Assembly: GCA_963674595.2 (NCBI GenBank)
Contig: CAXXFV010000004.1
Location: forward strand, 96,001 to 160,000
Direction of reading: 5' to 3'
Origin: a bacterium
GTDB lineage: Bacteria > Zhuqueibacterota > Zhuqueibacteria > Residuimicrobiales > Krinioviventaceae
Length of the DNA stretch: 64,000 nucleotides
The notes beneath the pieces were generated by a model that worked only from the letters and a program-made list of their open reading frames with translations, did no database searches and had not been told where the DNA came from. A program made the translations under genes and the position numbers. Shown here piece by piece: positions 10,187 to 19,829 of the stretch (positions are counted from its first letter, which is position 1; each line of letters begins with the position of its first letter).

Positions 10187-11890
10187 GTGGAAATGGGACA
10201 TAAAATAGCTGTTTTTCTTTTGTTGATCACTTTTCAATCGGTTTTTGCAAACAGTCTTCAAAGTGAAAGGCCCTACGAGCCGGTTGTTTTAAATGCCTAC
10301 AAATTATCGCAACTGGCCGGCACACCGGTTGATGAAATGTTTTTATATTCTTATAATGCAACTTCTCAAACATGGACCATGATGCCGTTTCAGATTGATG
10401 AAATGAGCTTTTTGTTCGATCCGGTGCGTACGGATACGGTTTGGAGTTACTTTGTCATGCCGGGTTCCAACCTTACGCAGCACGACGGAATTTTTAACCA
10501 GCGAGATGAACTGGTTTTTATGATTCGCGATTTGGGAGACAAGGCGCCGGAGAGAAGTTTTATCAACAATGCAGAGGCTGCAACACACTCTAGAATTGAA
10601 ATAAACGTAACAGATCCGCTGCAGCCGGACAAAAAAGCCTATGCCTATGTGTTCCGTTCTTCAACCATTGCAGATGCCGTACCAACGCCCTATGGTTTTT
10701 CTTATGATGACGAACAAGACATGATTACAACAAACACCTATTCATTAGGAATCAACGAACACGGCACAGTTGAAGACATTAAAATCCTTGAACCGGGCGG
10801 CAACGGTCAGGATATTTTGGATATGCTCAAAGTCCGGTTTAATGGAATTGTGGATTTTATCTTTCCCATACCAATCCAATTGGACGAAAACTATTTGGTT
10901 TTACTTGAAGATAGATTTGTAACCCAAAATCCTGTTGTTCGGTTTATTCGTCTGGCATATATGACGCTTAGTATTGAAGGATTTACATTTGATGCCATAA
11001 CGTTTCCTGTTCGTACAAAATTCTACCCCTATAACGGCACAATAAAAGGTGGCACAAGCCTTTGGCCGGATGATTTAAAAACCTATTACAATGGAATAGA
11101 AGTCATTGTCATTCTTAAAGATATGCGAGAATCCTGGGATTTTAATGTGAATGCCACTGGCATGAAATTTTATAACAAATATAACGACGGCATCCTTATC
11201 GACGGTGTTCCGGACACACCGGATACGACAGTTGATGTACCGATCAACGCCTGGGATTTAACTACTGGTGATCAGGGCTCGTTATTTAAAGTCGGCCATT
11301 TTAAAGAACAAAAATGGCTTGGTGTAGGCCTTTATTATTATGATAATAGTGAAGGCGGACAAGGCGACAGCGACTTGTTTGGGGAAAATGACAGCGGAGA
11401 CGGAAAATCATACGGCGATAACGGTATTCTTTTTCGCAACAAACCGGAAGGAGACAGTATTACCATTGAATTGGACTATACGGCCTATTTTATCCCGGAA
11501 AAAAATCTGGATAAAGCCTATGGCGAAAAACTGGCCGGACAACTGGAACAGCCGGTAACGGTTCAAACCGAACTTGTGACCGACGTCGATGGTGAAAACA
11601 ATCCCCTTGCGACAAGTTTTCAGTTGCACCAAAATTATCCGAATCCGTTTAACAGTTCAACAAAAATATCATTCAGTATTACAAAACCGCAAAAAGTAAC
11701 GATATCCATAGTTAATACCAGAGGACAAACAATTCAAATCCTTGCGGACAAACAATACAATGCCGGTCAGTTTGAGGTCCATTGGAACGGTCGGGATATT
11801 CAGGGCCGGGACGTACCCTCAGGGCTTTATCTCTATAAAATAACATCCGGCACATACGAGCAGACCAAAAAAATGTTATATATAAAATAA
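10187..11890 (+). CDS. Secreted protein with T9SS-type/FlgD-Ig C-terminal domain
   Basis: Signal peptide; C-terminal LHQNYPNPFNSST...WNGRD..G..VPSGLYLYKI...KKMLYIK. Confidence 0.85.
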   Translation: MEMGHKIAVFLLLITFQSVFANSLQSERPYEPVVLNAYKLSQLAGTPVDEMFLYSYNATSQTWTMMPFQIDEMSFLFDPVRTDTVWSYFVMPGSNLTQHDGIFNQRDELVFMIRDLGDKAPERSFINNAEAATHSRIEINVTDPLQPDKKAYAYVFRSSTIADAVPTPYGFSYDDEQDMITTNTYSLGINEHGTVEDIKILEPGGNGQDILDMLKVRFNGIVDFIFPIPIQLDENYLVLLEDRFVTQNPVVRFIRLAYMTLSIEGFTFDAITFPVRTKFYPYNGTIKGGTSLWPDDLKTYYNGIEVIVILKDMRESWDFNVNATGMKFYNKYNDGILIDGVPDTPDTTVDVPINAWDLTTGDQGSLFKVGHFKEQKWLGVGLYYYDNSEGGQGDSDLFGENDSGDGKSYGDNGILFRNKPEGDSITIELDYTAYFIPEKNLDKAYGEKLAGQLEQPVTVQTELVTDVDGENNPLATSFQLHQNYPNPFNSSTKISFSITKPQKVTISIVNTRGQTIQILADKQYNAGQFEVHWNGRDIQGRDVPSGLYLYKITSGTYEQTKKMLYIK

Positions 11891-11903
11891 AGCAGAGAAT
11901 AGT

Positions 11904-12731
11904 TTGAAAAAATTTTACATATATTTCCTTTTTTTACTTTTATTAGCAGCATGCAGTGACGACCACGGACTTGCGCCGTTGCCGGGAAAACTGGGTGTGG
12001 ATGTTATTTTTATAAACAGTAAAATCCCTGAAAACACTCAGGGAATTTACCTGTTTGTCGCCCCGACATTTCCGCCCCATGCTATTAATGAAATATATCT
12101 GCTGCCGAACAGCCTGCCCTTTCAGGAAATTGATCGAGATGTCGGTGCAAATGTGCGGGATACACTCTATACGGAAATTGATTTGCCATACGGGCATTAT
12201 GAAGCTATCGGTCTCTGGTGGTATAATACGGAAACGGAATCCAATCTTGCCGATGTGTTCACCCTCAAGCTGGGGTCGGATTTTATGCCGGTCCCAATTG
12301 ATATTACGCCGGAGCAGCCTTTTGTTCACACCGACTTGTGGGCCAATCTTTCCAGAATGGAAAGAAACTCATTTATCGAAGGAACTATAAATTTTAACGG
12401 TCCCTTTCCTGAAAACACCATGGCAACAGCCATTGCCGCCTATTTTAAAAAACCGGACAAAGAAATCGAATATCTGGTATATCTGCTGTCCATGGATTTC
12501 AGCATTGATCAAAATCCTTATCATTTTAAACTTCCGGTACCGACCCGGTTTCGCACAATCGATTATCTTGTGGTGTTGTGGCTGTCGGAAAGATCAGGAT
12601 TGGATGATTTTAAAACAATCGGTTATTACCGTGATCCGGCAAATCCGGACCAACCGGGACAGGTTAAAATTGTTCCGGATGGCACGGTTTCAGGATTTAA
12701 CATTCAGGCGGACTGGTCATTAATTGAATAA
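11904..12731 (+). CDS. Lipoprotein of unknown function (two tandem domains)
   Basis: Lipobox LAAC; internal duplication (PENT motif twice); overlaps the TonB receptor ORF. Confidence 0.8.
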   Translation: MKKFYIYFLFLLLLAACSDDHGLAPLPGKLGVDVIFINSKIPENTQGIYLFVAPTFPPHAINEIYLLPNSLPFQEIDRDVGANVRDTLYTEIDLPYGHYEAIGLWWYNTETESNLADVFTLKLGSDFMPVPIDITPEQPFVHTDLWANLSRMERNSFIEGTINFNGPFPENTMATAIAAYFKKPDKEIEYLVYLLSMDFSIDQNPYHFKLPVPTRFRTIDYLVVLWLSERSGLDDFKTIGYYRDPANPDQPGQVKIVPDGTVSGFNIQADWSLIE

Positions 12732-14916
12732 AATATACTCTATGAAAAAATTTATTAAAAAAACTATTTTTATTTATTTAACCTTTTTTTTCCCGATTTC
12801 TGTTTTTGCCATAAACGGAAAAATTTCCGGGATTGTTAAAGACGCTGATACAAACGAACCTCTTCCGGCGGTTAATATTGTTCTGCCCGGCACTGTCCGT
12901 GGGGCCAGCACAGATATGCAGGGACAATTTATCATCAAAGACCTGCCGCCCGGAACCTATTCTGTTCGTGTTTCAAGAATCGGATACAGGACAATAACCA
13001 AACAAAACATTAAAGTTCAGTTAAATAAAGAAAACCGCCTTTCAATTTCCATGAAAGAAACAGCATTGGAATTTGATCCGATTGTTGTGCTGGCAGGGAA
13101 ATCCCAACAACAACTGGACCAGGCAAATGTTTCCATGTCCGTTATCACATCAACCGAAATTGAACGTCGGAACCCTGTTGATGTCATACAAGCGCTTGAA
13201 ACAGCGCCCGGAATTCATTTTGTGGGAACACAAATCAATATTCGCGGTTCTTCCGGGTTTTCATTTGGAGTCGGGAATAAAGTACTCTTACTATTGGACG
13301 GTGTGCCTGTTTACGCCAGTGATACCGGAGAATTTAACTGGGACATGATCTCTCCGTCAGACATTAAGCAGGTTGAAATTTTAAAAGGCGCAGGTTCCAC
13401 ATTATGGGGCGCATCAGCCCTGGGCGGCGTTGTCAATATTATCACCAAAGATCCGACGCCTGAAGGAAAATTTCACGTTGCCTACACAATAGGCAAATAC
13501 GATCATCCATACCATTCCGAATGGGAATGGACAGACCCGGACCGGTTACACTATACAAGAGAGGACATTAGTTACAGCAAACAGGCTGGTAATATCGGTT
13601 TTCGTATTTCCACCGGACGTCTGATTTCAACTGGGTACAGTCAACTTGGTGATGCCGTCAAATTTAATATTGCCGGTAAATTTGATTACAAATTCGGTGC
13701 AAATTATAAATGGACATTTTACACAGCCTATAACGAAAATGAACGGGGATTTTTTATTCAGTGGAAGGGACCAAATTCTCCCTATGAAGTAGAACCGATA
13801 AACCTGGAAAACAGGGCCAAAGTAAAACAGTTGAACACTTATACAAAATTCAGTTTTCCCCTTTCTGCCAAATTTGCGGTGAACCTGCGTTTTTCATTTG
13901 TGCGGTCACTTATGGGGAACCAATTTGGTCACGGCTCCAGTTTTAATCCGGCCATTGGTCAGGGTATGGAAGTACAAAGCGACTGGATTCCTGTTGACGG
14001 ACATATCATTACCAGCGGCATCCAATACCAGTACGACAGCGGTAATGCAAAATATTTCGGCAGCCACAAAGGTTACCTGATCGGACCCTATGTGCAGGAT
14101 GAGTGGAAGATCCAAAAAAACCTGCGTCTCACAACCGGATTCCGCTACGACCGCTACCAGCTAATCGGCGGCGAAAAAGAAGACTTGTTCAGTCCGCGTA
14201 TGGGCATCAACTGGCAGGCATGGCCGACCACAAGTTTTCGTGCTTCTGCGGGCAGTGGTTTTCGTGCAGCCACTATTGTTGAACGATTTTTAGAATTATC
14301 CATAATGAACTTTAAAATAGTCCCGAACGATACGCTAAAAGCTGAAAGTTCCTGGGCATTTGACGCCGGTATGCGGCATTATTTTAATGAAAACTGGAAT
14401 ATAGATATATCCCTTTTTCAAAACGACTATTGGGAATTAATTGAAGCACATTTGGACCTTTTTCGCGGACAAATAAAATTTCGCAACGTACCCCGTGCAC
14501 GGATTAAAGGCCTGGAAATTACAACAAATGCCGGTTTTCCGATGCAAATTAAAAACAAACACATGACCCCCGGATTTCAGATCAGTTTGACAGCTATGGA
14601 CCATAAAGATTTGAAATATAATGAACCGCTGACTTATCGTCCGGATGTACTTTTTTCTCTAAAATCGTTTTTACAATTCAGCGTTTTTCGTTATGAAATA
14701 GATTACAGATATGCCAGCCGCATTGAACAGGTTAAATTATATCCGGTTAACGAAAGGGTCCCTATGAAATTTGTGGATACCCGGCTGTCATGGAACTATA
14801 AAAACTTGACTGTACAGTTTAGTATCAATAATTTGTTTAACTATAATTATGCGCCCATGGAAAGTAATCTTGAACCGATGCGAAGGTTTATCCTGGGATT
14901 AAAAGGTGATTTTTAA
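12724..14916 (+). CDS. TonB-dependent receptor with N-terminal CarboxypepD_reg-like domain
   Basis: GKISGIVKDADTNEPL domain; plug motifs INIRG, LLLLDGVP, VEILKGAGSTLWGASALGGVVNIITK; terminal Phe. ATG 12742 is an alternative start. Confidence 0.93.
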   Translation: MNKIYSMKKFIKKTIFIYLTFFFPISVFAINGKISGIVKDADTNEPLPAVNIVLPGTVRGASTDMQGQFIIKDLPPGTYSVRVSRIGYRTITKQNIKVQLNKENRLSISMKETALEFDPIVVLAGKSQQQLDQANVSMSVITSTEIERRNPVDVIQALETAPGIHFVGTQINIRGSSGFSFGVGNKVLLLLDGVPVYASDTGEFNWDMISPSDIKQVEILKGAGSTLWGASALGGVVNIITKDPTPEGKFHVAYTIGKYDHPYHSEWEWTDPDRLHYTREDISYSKQAGNIGFRISTGRLISTGYSQLGDAVKFNIAGKFDYKFGANYKWTFYTAYNENERGFFIQWKGPNSPYEVEPINLENRAKVKQLNTYTKFSFPLSAKFAVNLRFSFVRSLMGNQFGHGSSFNPAIGQGMEVQSDWIPVDGHIITSGIQYQYDSGNAKYFGSHKGYLIGPYVQDEWKIQKNLRLTTGFRYDRYQLIGGEKEDLFSPRMGINWQAWPTTSFRASAGSGFRAATIVERFLELSIMNFKIVPNDTLKAESSWAFDAGMRHYFNENWNIDISLFQNDYWELIEAHLDLFRGQIKFRNVPRARIKGLEITTNAGFPMQIKNKHMTPGFQISLTAMDHKDLKYNEPLTYRPDVLFSLKSFLQFSVFRYEIDYRYASRIEQVKLYPVNERVPMKFVDTRLSWNYKNLTVQFSINNLFNYNYAPMESNLEPMRRFILGLKGDF

Positions 14917-14940
14917 AAAAGAAAATATTTTGTAAATTGT

Positions 14941-16161
14941 ATGATGGTTCCTTTAGAAACCGAAACAATCTCCAGAACTCCGGTTATAGCCGTTATTGAT
15001 GACGAAGAAATGGTAACAAAGTCCATCGAATCATTTCTCATGCTTGAAACAGACTATCAGGTGCTGACATTTCAATCTCCTGTTGCCGCATTGCAATGCC
15101 TGAAAAAAACACCCCCGGATGTTGTTATTGCAGATTTTTTGATGCCCGAAATGAATGGTCTTGAATTTTTAAATGAACTTAAAAATCAATACCCGGATGT
15201 ACCCGGTGTTTTATTAACAGCCTATGCAGACAAAGAAAATGCCATTAAGGGTATTAATGAAGTGGGATTATTTCAATATATTCAAAAACCCTGGGACAAT
15301 GATAATTTAAAAATGATTATACAAAACGGGCTGGCCAATAAAAGCTTAAAAACAACCTTGAAAGAAAAAATAAAAGAGATAGACAATGTTTTAAGGCAAC
15401 GAGACGAACTATTCAAGTTACATAATATATTAAATGAAGAAATGGCCTTTGCCAAACGAATTCATAATAAACTTTTACCGCCCAATTATTTTAATATTAA
15501 TGACATTATTATTGATACGACCTATAAACCGGCTTTGGAAATCGGCGGAGATTTTTATGATGTCATTCCATTAAAAGACAACAAAATTGCTTTACTCGTT
15601 GCCGATATAACCGGTCATGGAATTCAGGCCGCATTGTGTACGGCCCTTCTCAAATTCTCGTTTTCTGAATTCTATAATAAAGACACCACCGGAGAACAAA
15701 TCTTAAAAGGAATGAACCAGGTACTGTTTAAAGGATTGCCTGACAATATTTTTGCTGCGGCCCTGGTTGTAATTATTGATACGGCAACCCGGGAGTGTAC
15801 GATGCATAATGCCGGTATTCCCCACCCTTTTTTAATTCAACGACAAAAACAAAATGTTGAAAAAATTGTTTTAAACGGACTTGTTCTTGGATTTGTTAAA
15901 GAAACAATATATGATCCCGGACCATCAATAACAATCCAGTTACAAAAAGATGATATGTTGTTGATTTTTTCTGACGGACTATCTGAAATAAGGGATAAAG
16001 ATAATCATTTTTTTGGCGATCACCGTTTGAATGATGTCCTTGAAAACAATATCTCTTTGGATAATAAAAAACTGTGCGAATTAATTCAAAAAGAAGCATC
16101 ACAGTTTAACAATCATAATAAAATGGATGACCTCATGATTGTTAACGTGTCCGGTAATTAA
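14941..16161 (+). CDS. Response regulator receiver-PP2C (SpoIIE-type) phosphatase fusion
   Basis: REC: VIDDE, ADFLMP, LTA, QKPW. Coiled linker. PP2C: GGDFYD, ADITGHG, NAG, SDGL, DD. Confidence 0.92.
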   Translation: MMVPLETETISRTPVIAVIDDEEMVTKSIESFLMLETDYQVLTFQSPVAALQCLKKTPPDVVIADFLMPEMNGLEFLNELKNQYPDVPGVLLTAYADKENAIKGINEVGLFQYIQKPWDNDNLKMIIQNGLANKSLKTTLKEKIKEIDNVLRQRDELFKLHNILNEEMAFAKRIHNKLLPPNYFNINDIIIDTTYKPALEIGGDFYDVIPLKDNKIALLVADITGHGIQAALCTALLKFSFSEFYNKDTTGEQILKGMNQVLFKGLPDNIFAAALVVIIDTATRECTMHNAGIPHPFLIQRQKQNVEKIVLNGLVLGFVKETIYDPGPSITIQLQKDDMLLIFSDGLSEIRDKDNHFFGDHRLNDVLENNISLDNKKLCELIQKEASQFNNHNKMDDLMIVNVSGN

Positions 16162-16256
16162 TTATTACTTGCGGATGGCAGCAATTCCTTATATATTATA
16201 AATAATACATAAAATATTTTAGGCGGAAATATATTTCATCTAAATGGGAGAACAGT

Positions 16257-16370
16257 ATGAAATATTTATCGAGTATTTTACTTTCTTTTTCGGTTTTATT
16301 TCGTTGTCCGACAGATAATGATGATAATCCTTCAAATTCGGAATGGGTGTCAACAACATTTCCACATTAA
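16257..16370 (+). CDS. Putative 37-aa small secreted or lipoprotein-like peptide
   Basis: GGGAGA RBS; MKYLSSILLSFSVLFRCPTDNDDNPSNSEWVSTTFPH*; terminator hairpin 5 nt after the stop. Confidence 0.45.
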   Translation: MKYLSSILLSFSVLFRCPTDNDDNPSNSEWVSTTFPH

Positions 16371-16375
16371 AAAGT

Positions 16376-16408
16376 AAAAGAGCAGGAAAAAAATTTTCTG
16401 CTCTTTTT
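16376..16408 (+). terminator. Intrinsic terminator
   Basis: AAAAGAGCAG/CTGCTCTTTT inverted repeat with T-tract. Confidence 0.65.
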
Positions 16409-16445
16409 ATCACATTTTTTTGATATTTGTCAACAATCTTTGACG
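16408..16445. promoter_or_regulatory. Tandem palindromic upstream activator (bEBP) sites
   Basis: TATCA-N8-TGATA (16408-16425) and TGTCA-N8-TGACG (16428-16445), 20-bp period, ~85-120 bp upstream of a sigma54 promoter. Confidence 0.55.
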
Positions 16446-16526
16446 CATTTTTCCCCATATGATAACCACTTAAAATCAAAACCCACGAACACCATAAAAA
16501 ACAACATCAAAATCCGGTTAAAAACT

Positions 16527-16542
16527 TGGTATGCTTGTTGCT
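16527..16542 (+). promoter_or_regulatory. Sigma54 (-24/-12) promoter
   Basis: TGGTATGCTTGTTGCT, with GG-N10-GC; 67 bp upstream of ATG 16609. Confidence 0.72.
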
Positions 16543-16608
16543 TAAAGCAAACTAGATTTTCCATCCGAACCTATAATGTACTAGTTCAAGATTCAGGAGG
16601 TTTTCAAA

Positions 16609-16854
16609 ATGACACTACCACCAAGCTCTCATTATTTATGGAGAGAAATTGTAACCGGAGCAAAAAAGCATGATTTTAAATTTTTTGCTGCAAAAATGGT
16701 TGTTGGACGAGCGTCAATCATTTTACGAAATGATTCCTCAGAAACAAAAATAAAAGGCTTTATTGATGAATTAAGAGATGTTTTTGAAAAAAACATTAAA
16801 CTGCCCAAAGTCCAACAAGATTTAATCACAATATTTGGACAAGGAGGTTTATAA
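16609..16854 (+). CDS. Small hypothetical protein (81 aa)
   Basis: AGGAGG RBS; TAATG stop/start overlap with the next gene. Confidence 0.8.
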   Translation: MTLPPSSHYLWREIVTGAKKHDFKFFAAKMVVGRASIILRNDSSETKIKGFIDELRDVFEKNIKLPKVQQDLITIFGQGGL

Positions 16855-17846
16855 TGCAACAAGTTATGTTTGATGTGAATGCGGTTATCGAGAAAATTAA
16901 TCAGGGAAAAAAACTTGTTATTAGCGGCTGACGAAAAAAATTCTTTTCTCAATTACCTCAAGGTAATTGGATAGGAGGAACAATTCCATACTTTATGGCG
17001 GAACAAGGTGGTCCTATTTACCAAAGATAAAAATATTCGTAACAGAAACTACCCGAATATATCGAAAACATCTCTATTAAAAATTATGATGAAAAAAACA
17101 TTGAAAATGTTTATCTGGAAATACCGGATAACGGTTTCGGATGTATCATCATTCCAGCCAGTTGCCAGACACATCTCAACTTTGCATTAAATGCTCCCGG
17201 GTATAAAGGTTTTGCCACACATCCCCTGGTAGGTTGGATATCGGGAATAGACCTGAATGATTTAGGAAAAATATCACCCAAAGTTTTTAACGGGCAGGAA
17301 CAAAAAGGTTATGAAAACGGTGCAATCGTTATGCAAGTCCAGCTACCGGAAACAAAAATCGCCGACATAAACATTATCAACATTTTTGAACAAGGTGATG
17401 GAGATGCCATCGAATTCCCTCAAGACTCTTTTCAGGCTTCCGAGGCTATTGTTAAAGGAGAAAAAATAAATTTTGCCTCTTATATCAAAGAAAACAATCT
17501 GGACACCAAGCTGCCATTAGTCGCCGATTATTATGGCGCAATGATCAATATCAGCTTTCAAGCTGTTGAAGATCAGAATGTTTCCTTTTATGCGCCTGTA
17601 TTTTCCGGTATGACATACAAACAAGCCAAACCGGTGCAGGATTATGTTACTAAATTTTTATCTGAAATGCCCAACGAAGGAACAGACCAGATTATTTTTT
17701 CATGTAATTGTATTCTCAATTATCTGTACTCAGAATTGGAAGGAAAAACAACCGGAGGTATTACAGGCCCCATAACATTTGGTGAAATTGCTTATCAACT
17801 GTTAAACCAAACCCTTGTATATCTAACCATAACGGATATTTCTTAA
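16854..17846 (+). CDS. DUF6976-like / FIST-like protein (multiple apparent frameshifts in 16905-17100)
   Basis: Reconstructed MQQVMFDV...LLLAADE..LSQLPQGNWIGGTIPYFM...VGWISGIDL...LPLVADYYGAMINISF...FYAPVF...SCNCILNYLY...GPITFGEIAYQLLNQT. The ORF track shows only the last 171 aa. Confidence 0.75.
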
Positions 17847-17852
17847 AATAAA

Positions 17853-17888
17853 AAAGGTCTGTCAAAATTTGACAGACCTTTATTTTTT
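17853..17888. terminator. Bidirectional intrinsic terminator
   Basis: AAAGGTCTGTCA...TGACAGACCTTT between convergent genes, with A/T tracts on both sides. Confidence 0.85.
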
Positions 17889-18827
17889 CTAATTGGAATT
17901 TTTGAGATATTTTAAATAATCCGAATCTGTACTTAAAATTATCACCGAAGACTTGTCTATCGTATTTCGATAGGTATCAAGTGTCTGTAAAAAGGAATAA
18001 AATGCCGGATCCTTTGAAAAAGCATTGGCGTAAATTTCAGTAGCTTCCGCGTCGCCATTTCCCTTAATCTGCTGCGCCGACCGATAGGCTTCAGATGAAA
18101 TACGTTGTAGTTCCTTTTGCATCTGCCCTTCAATCTGGGCTTTACGGCCTTGTCCTTCGGAACGGTAAAGCTCAGCAATCCTTTTTCGTTCGGAAATCAT
18201 ACGATCAAACACTTTTCTTCGTACTTCTTCAATATAGTTTACCTGTTTAATCCGAATATCCAAAACTTCAATTCCATATTGAGGAACAATTTGTTGTACT
18301 TTGGCCAGGATGGCATTTGTAATCGCTTCCCGACCTTTTTCTATTGTCAATGAATCCACCTGAACAATATTAGCGCCTTCTTCTGTAGAAATAGCCAGTT
18401 CCCGGTTGGAATTTCGAACAATTTCAATCAACAGATTTTCACTAATAAAATCACGGGTTATACCATCCATAATATCATCCAACCGTCCCAATGCATTTCT
18501 GTAGTTATTGACTGACTGGAAAAACTTTAACGGGTCCGTAATTCGCCAGCGGGCAAATGTATTAACAAGCAAATATTTTTTATCCGAAGTTGGAATCTGA
18601 TTGGCATCACCATCCCACTCCATTATACGTTTTTCAAAAGTCGTCACTTTATAAATAAACGGAACCTTGGCATGCAAACCAGCTTCGGTAACCGGATCAC
18701 CAACCGGTTCACCGAATTTTGTAATAATGACCTGCTCTGTTTCATCAACGATATAAAAAGCATCAGATACAATGATAACAGCAAAAAATATCAATATGCC
18801 GTAAAAGTAAAGTTTTGATTTATTCAT
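17889..18827 (-). CDS. hflC: FtsH protease modulator HflC
   Basis: N-terminal TM, SPFH domain, RMISERKRIAELYRSEG, YANAFSKDPAFYSFLQTL. Confidence 0.95.
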   Translation of the reverse strand: MNKSKLYFYGILIFFAVIIVSDAFYIVDETEQVIITKFGEPVGDPVTEAGLHAKVPFIYKVTTFEKRIMEWDGDANQIPTSDKKYLLVNTFARWRITDPLKFFQSVNNYRNALGRLDDIMDGITRDFISENLLIEIVRNSNRELAISTEEGANIVQVDSLTIEKGREAITNAILAKVQQIVPQYGIEVLDIRIKQVNYIEEVRRKVFDRMISERKRIAELYRSEGQGRKAQIEGQMQKELQRISSEAYRSAQQIKGNGDAEATEIYANAFSKDPAFYSFLQTLDTYRNTIDKSSVIILSTDSDYLKYLKNSN

Positions 18828-19808
18828 TATTTCCCCTCCTTTCCGTCAAGTTGTAACAGGGGCAGAAATGATTTTAACTGATCATCAATAATGTATTTTT
18901 GATCTATTTTCGGCAAAACATCATTCATCATTTCCAAATATAAACGGCGTTTTGTAACGTCTTTGGCTTTATTATATTCTCGCCAAACCGAGATAAATTT
19001 TTCAGCATCACCTTTTGCACGGTTAATACGGTTTGTTGCGTATCCCTCAGCTTCTAAAATAATCTGTTCGGCCTGACCTTTTGCCTTTGGAATGGTGGTG
19101 TTATAGGCTTCCCAAGCTTCATTGATAATACGTTCCTTTTCCTGCCGGGCTTCGTTCACTTCGTTAAATGCAGGTTGTACCGGCACCGGTGGATTAACAT
19201 CCTGAAGGTTTACGGTAACGATATCAATACCGGTTTCATAATCATCCAATAATTTTTGCATTAACTCCATTGCACGAAGCGCAATATCTTTTCTTCGCAG
19301 GATAATGACTTCATCAACACTGTTATCACGGCCACCTGCCGCATAACAGATTCGGAAACATCTCGTATGGTTGAAGTTACATTTTGAACTTTGAACAGAA
19401 ACTTTGCCGGGTCCTTAATCCTATATTGAACAATCCATTCTACCAGTGCAGAATTCAAATCTCCTGTTAACATAAGAGATTCACGGCTAAAGTCTCCCCG
19501 AACATATTCGGTTTGAACTCCGGCCCGGGCCGTACGAAATCCGAATTCTTCTTTAAAAACTCGCTGTACTTTAACTTTTTTTACAGTCTCAATTCCCAGG
19601 GCAATTTAAAATGCAATCCAGGTTGAGTAGTAATTCACATATTTTCCAAATCTTTGAATAACACCAACCTGATCAGCATCTACAGTATAGATGGAAGAAA
19701 AAACAATAATCAAGGCAACTATCAAATCACACCATATAAAATAGTCCGATTATTGACGTCCGGCACCTCGATATTTTCTCCACCTACGTTAATGACACGT
19801 TTTTTCAT
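18827..19808 (-). CDS. hflK: FtsH protease modulator HflK (several apparent frameshifts)
   Basis: Fragments QRFGKY..PGLHFKLP, LMLTGDLN..VEWIVQYRIKDP, VNLQDVNPP..VQPAFNEVN and VTKRRLYLE. ATG 19808 has a GGAG RBS. Directly upstream of hflC. Confidence 0.9.
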
Positions 19809-19829
19809 GCAGAGATTCTCCTTATTATT

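Noticed and set aside
16240-17190. ORFs 16240..16479(-), 16440..16673(+), 16632..16952(-) and 17008..17190(+)
   Set aside because: They overlap promoter and terminator elements or are off-frame pieces of the frameshifted FIST-like gene.
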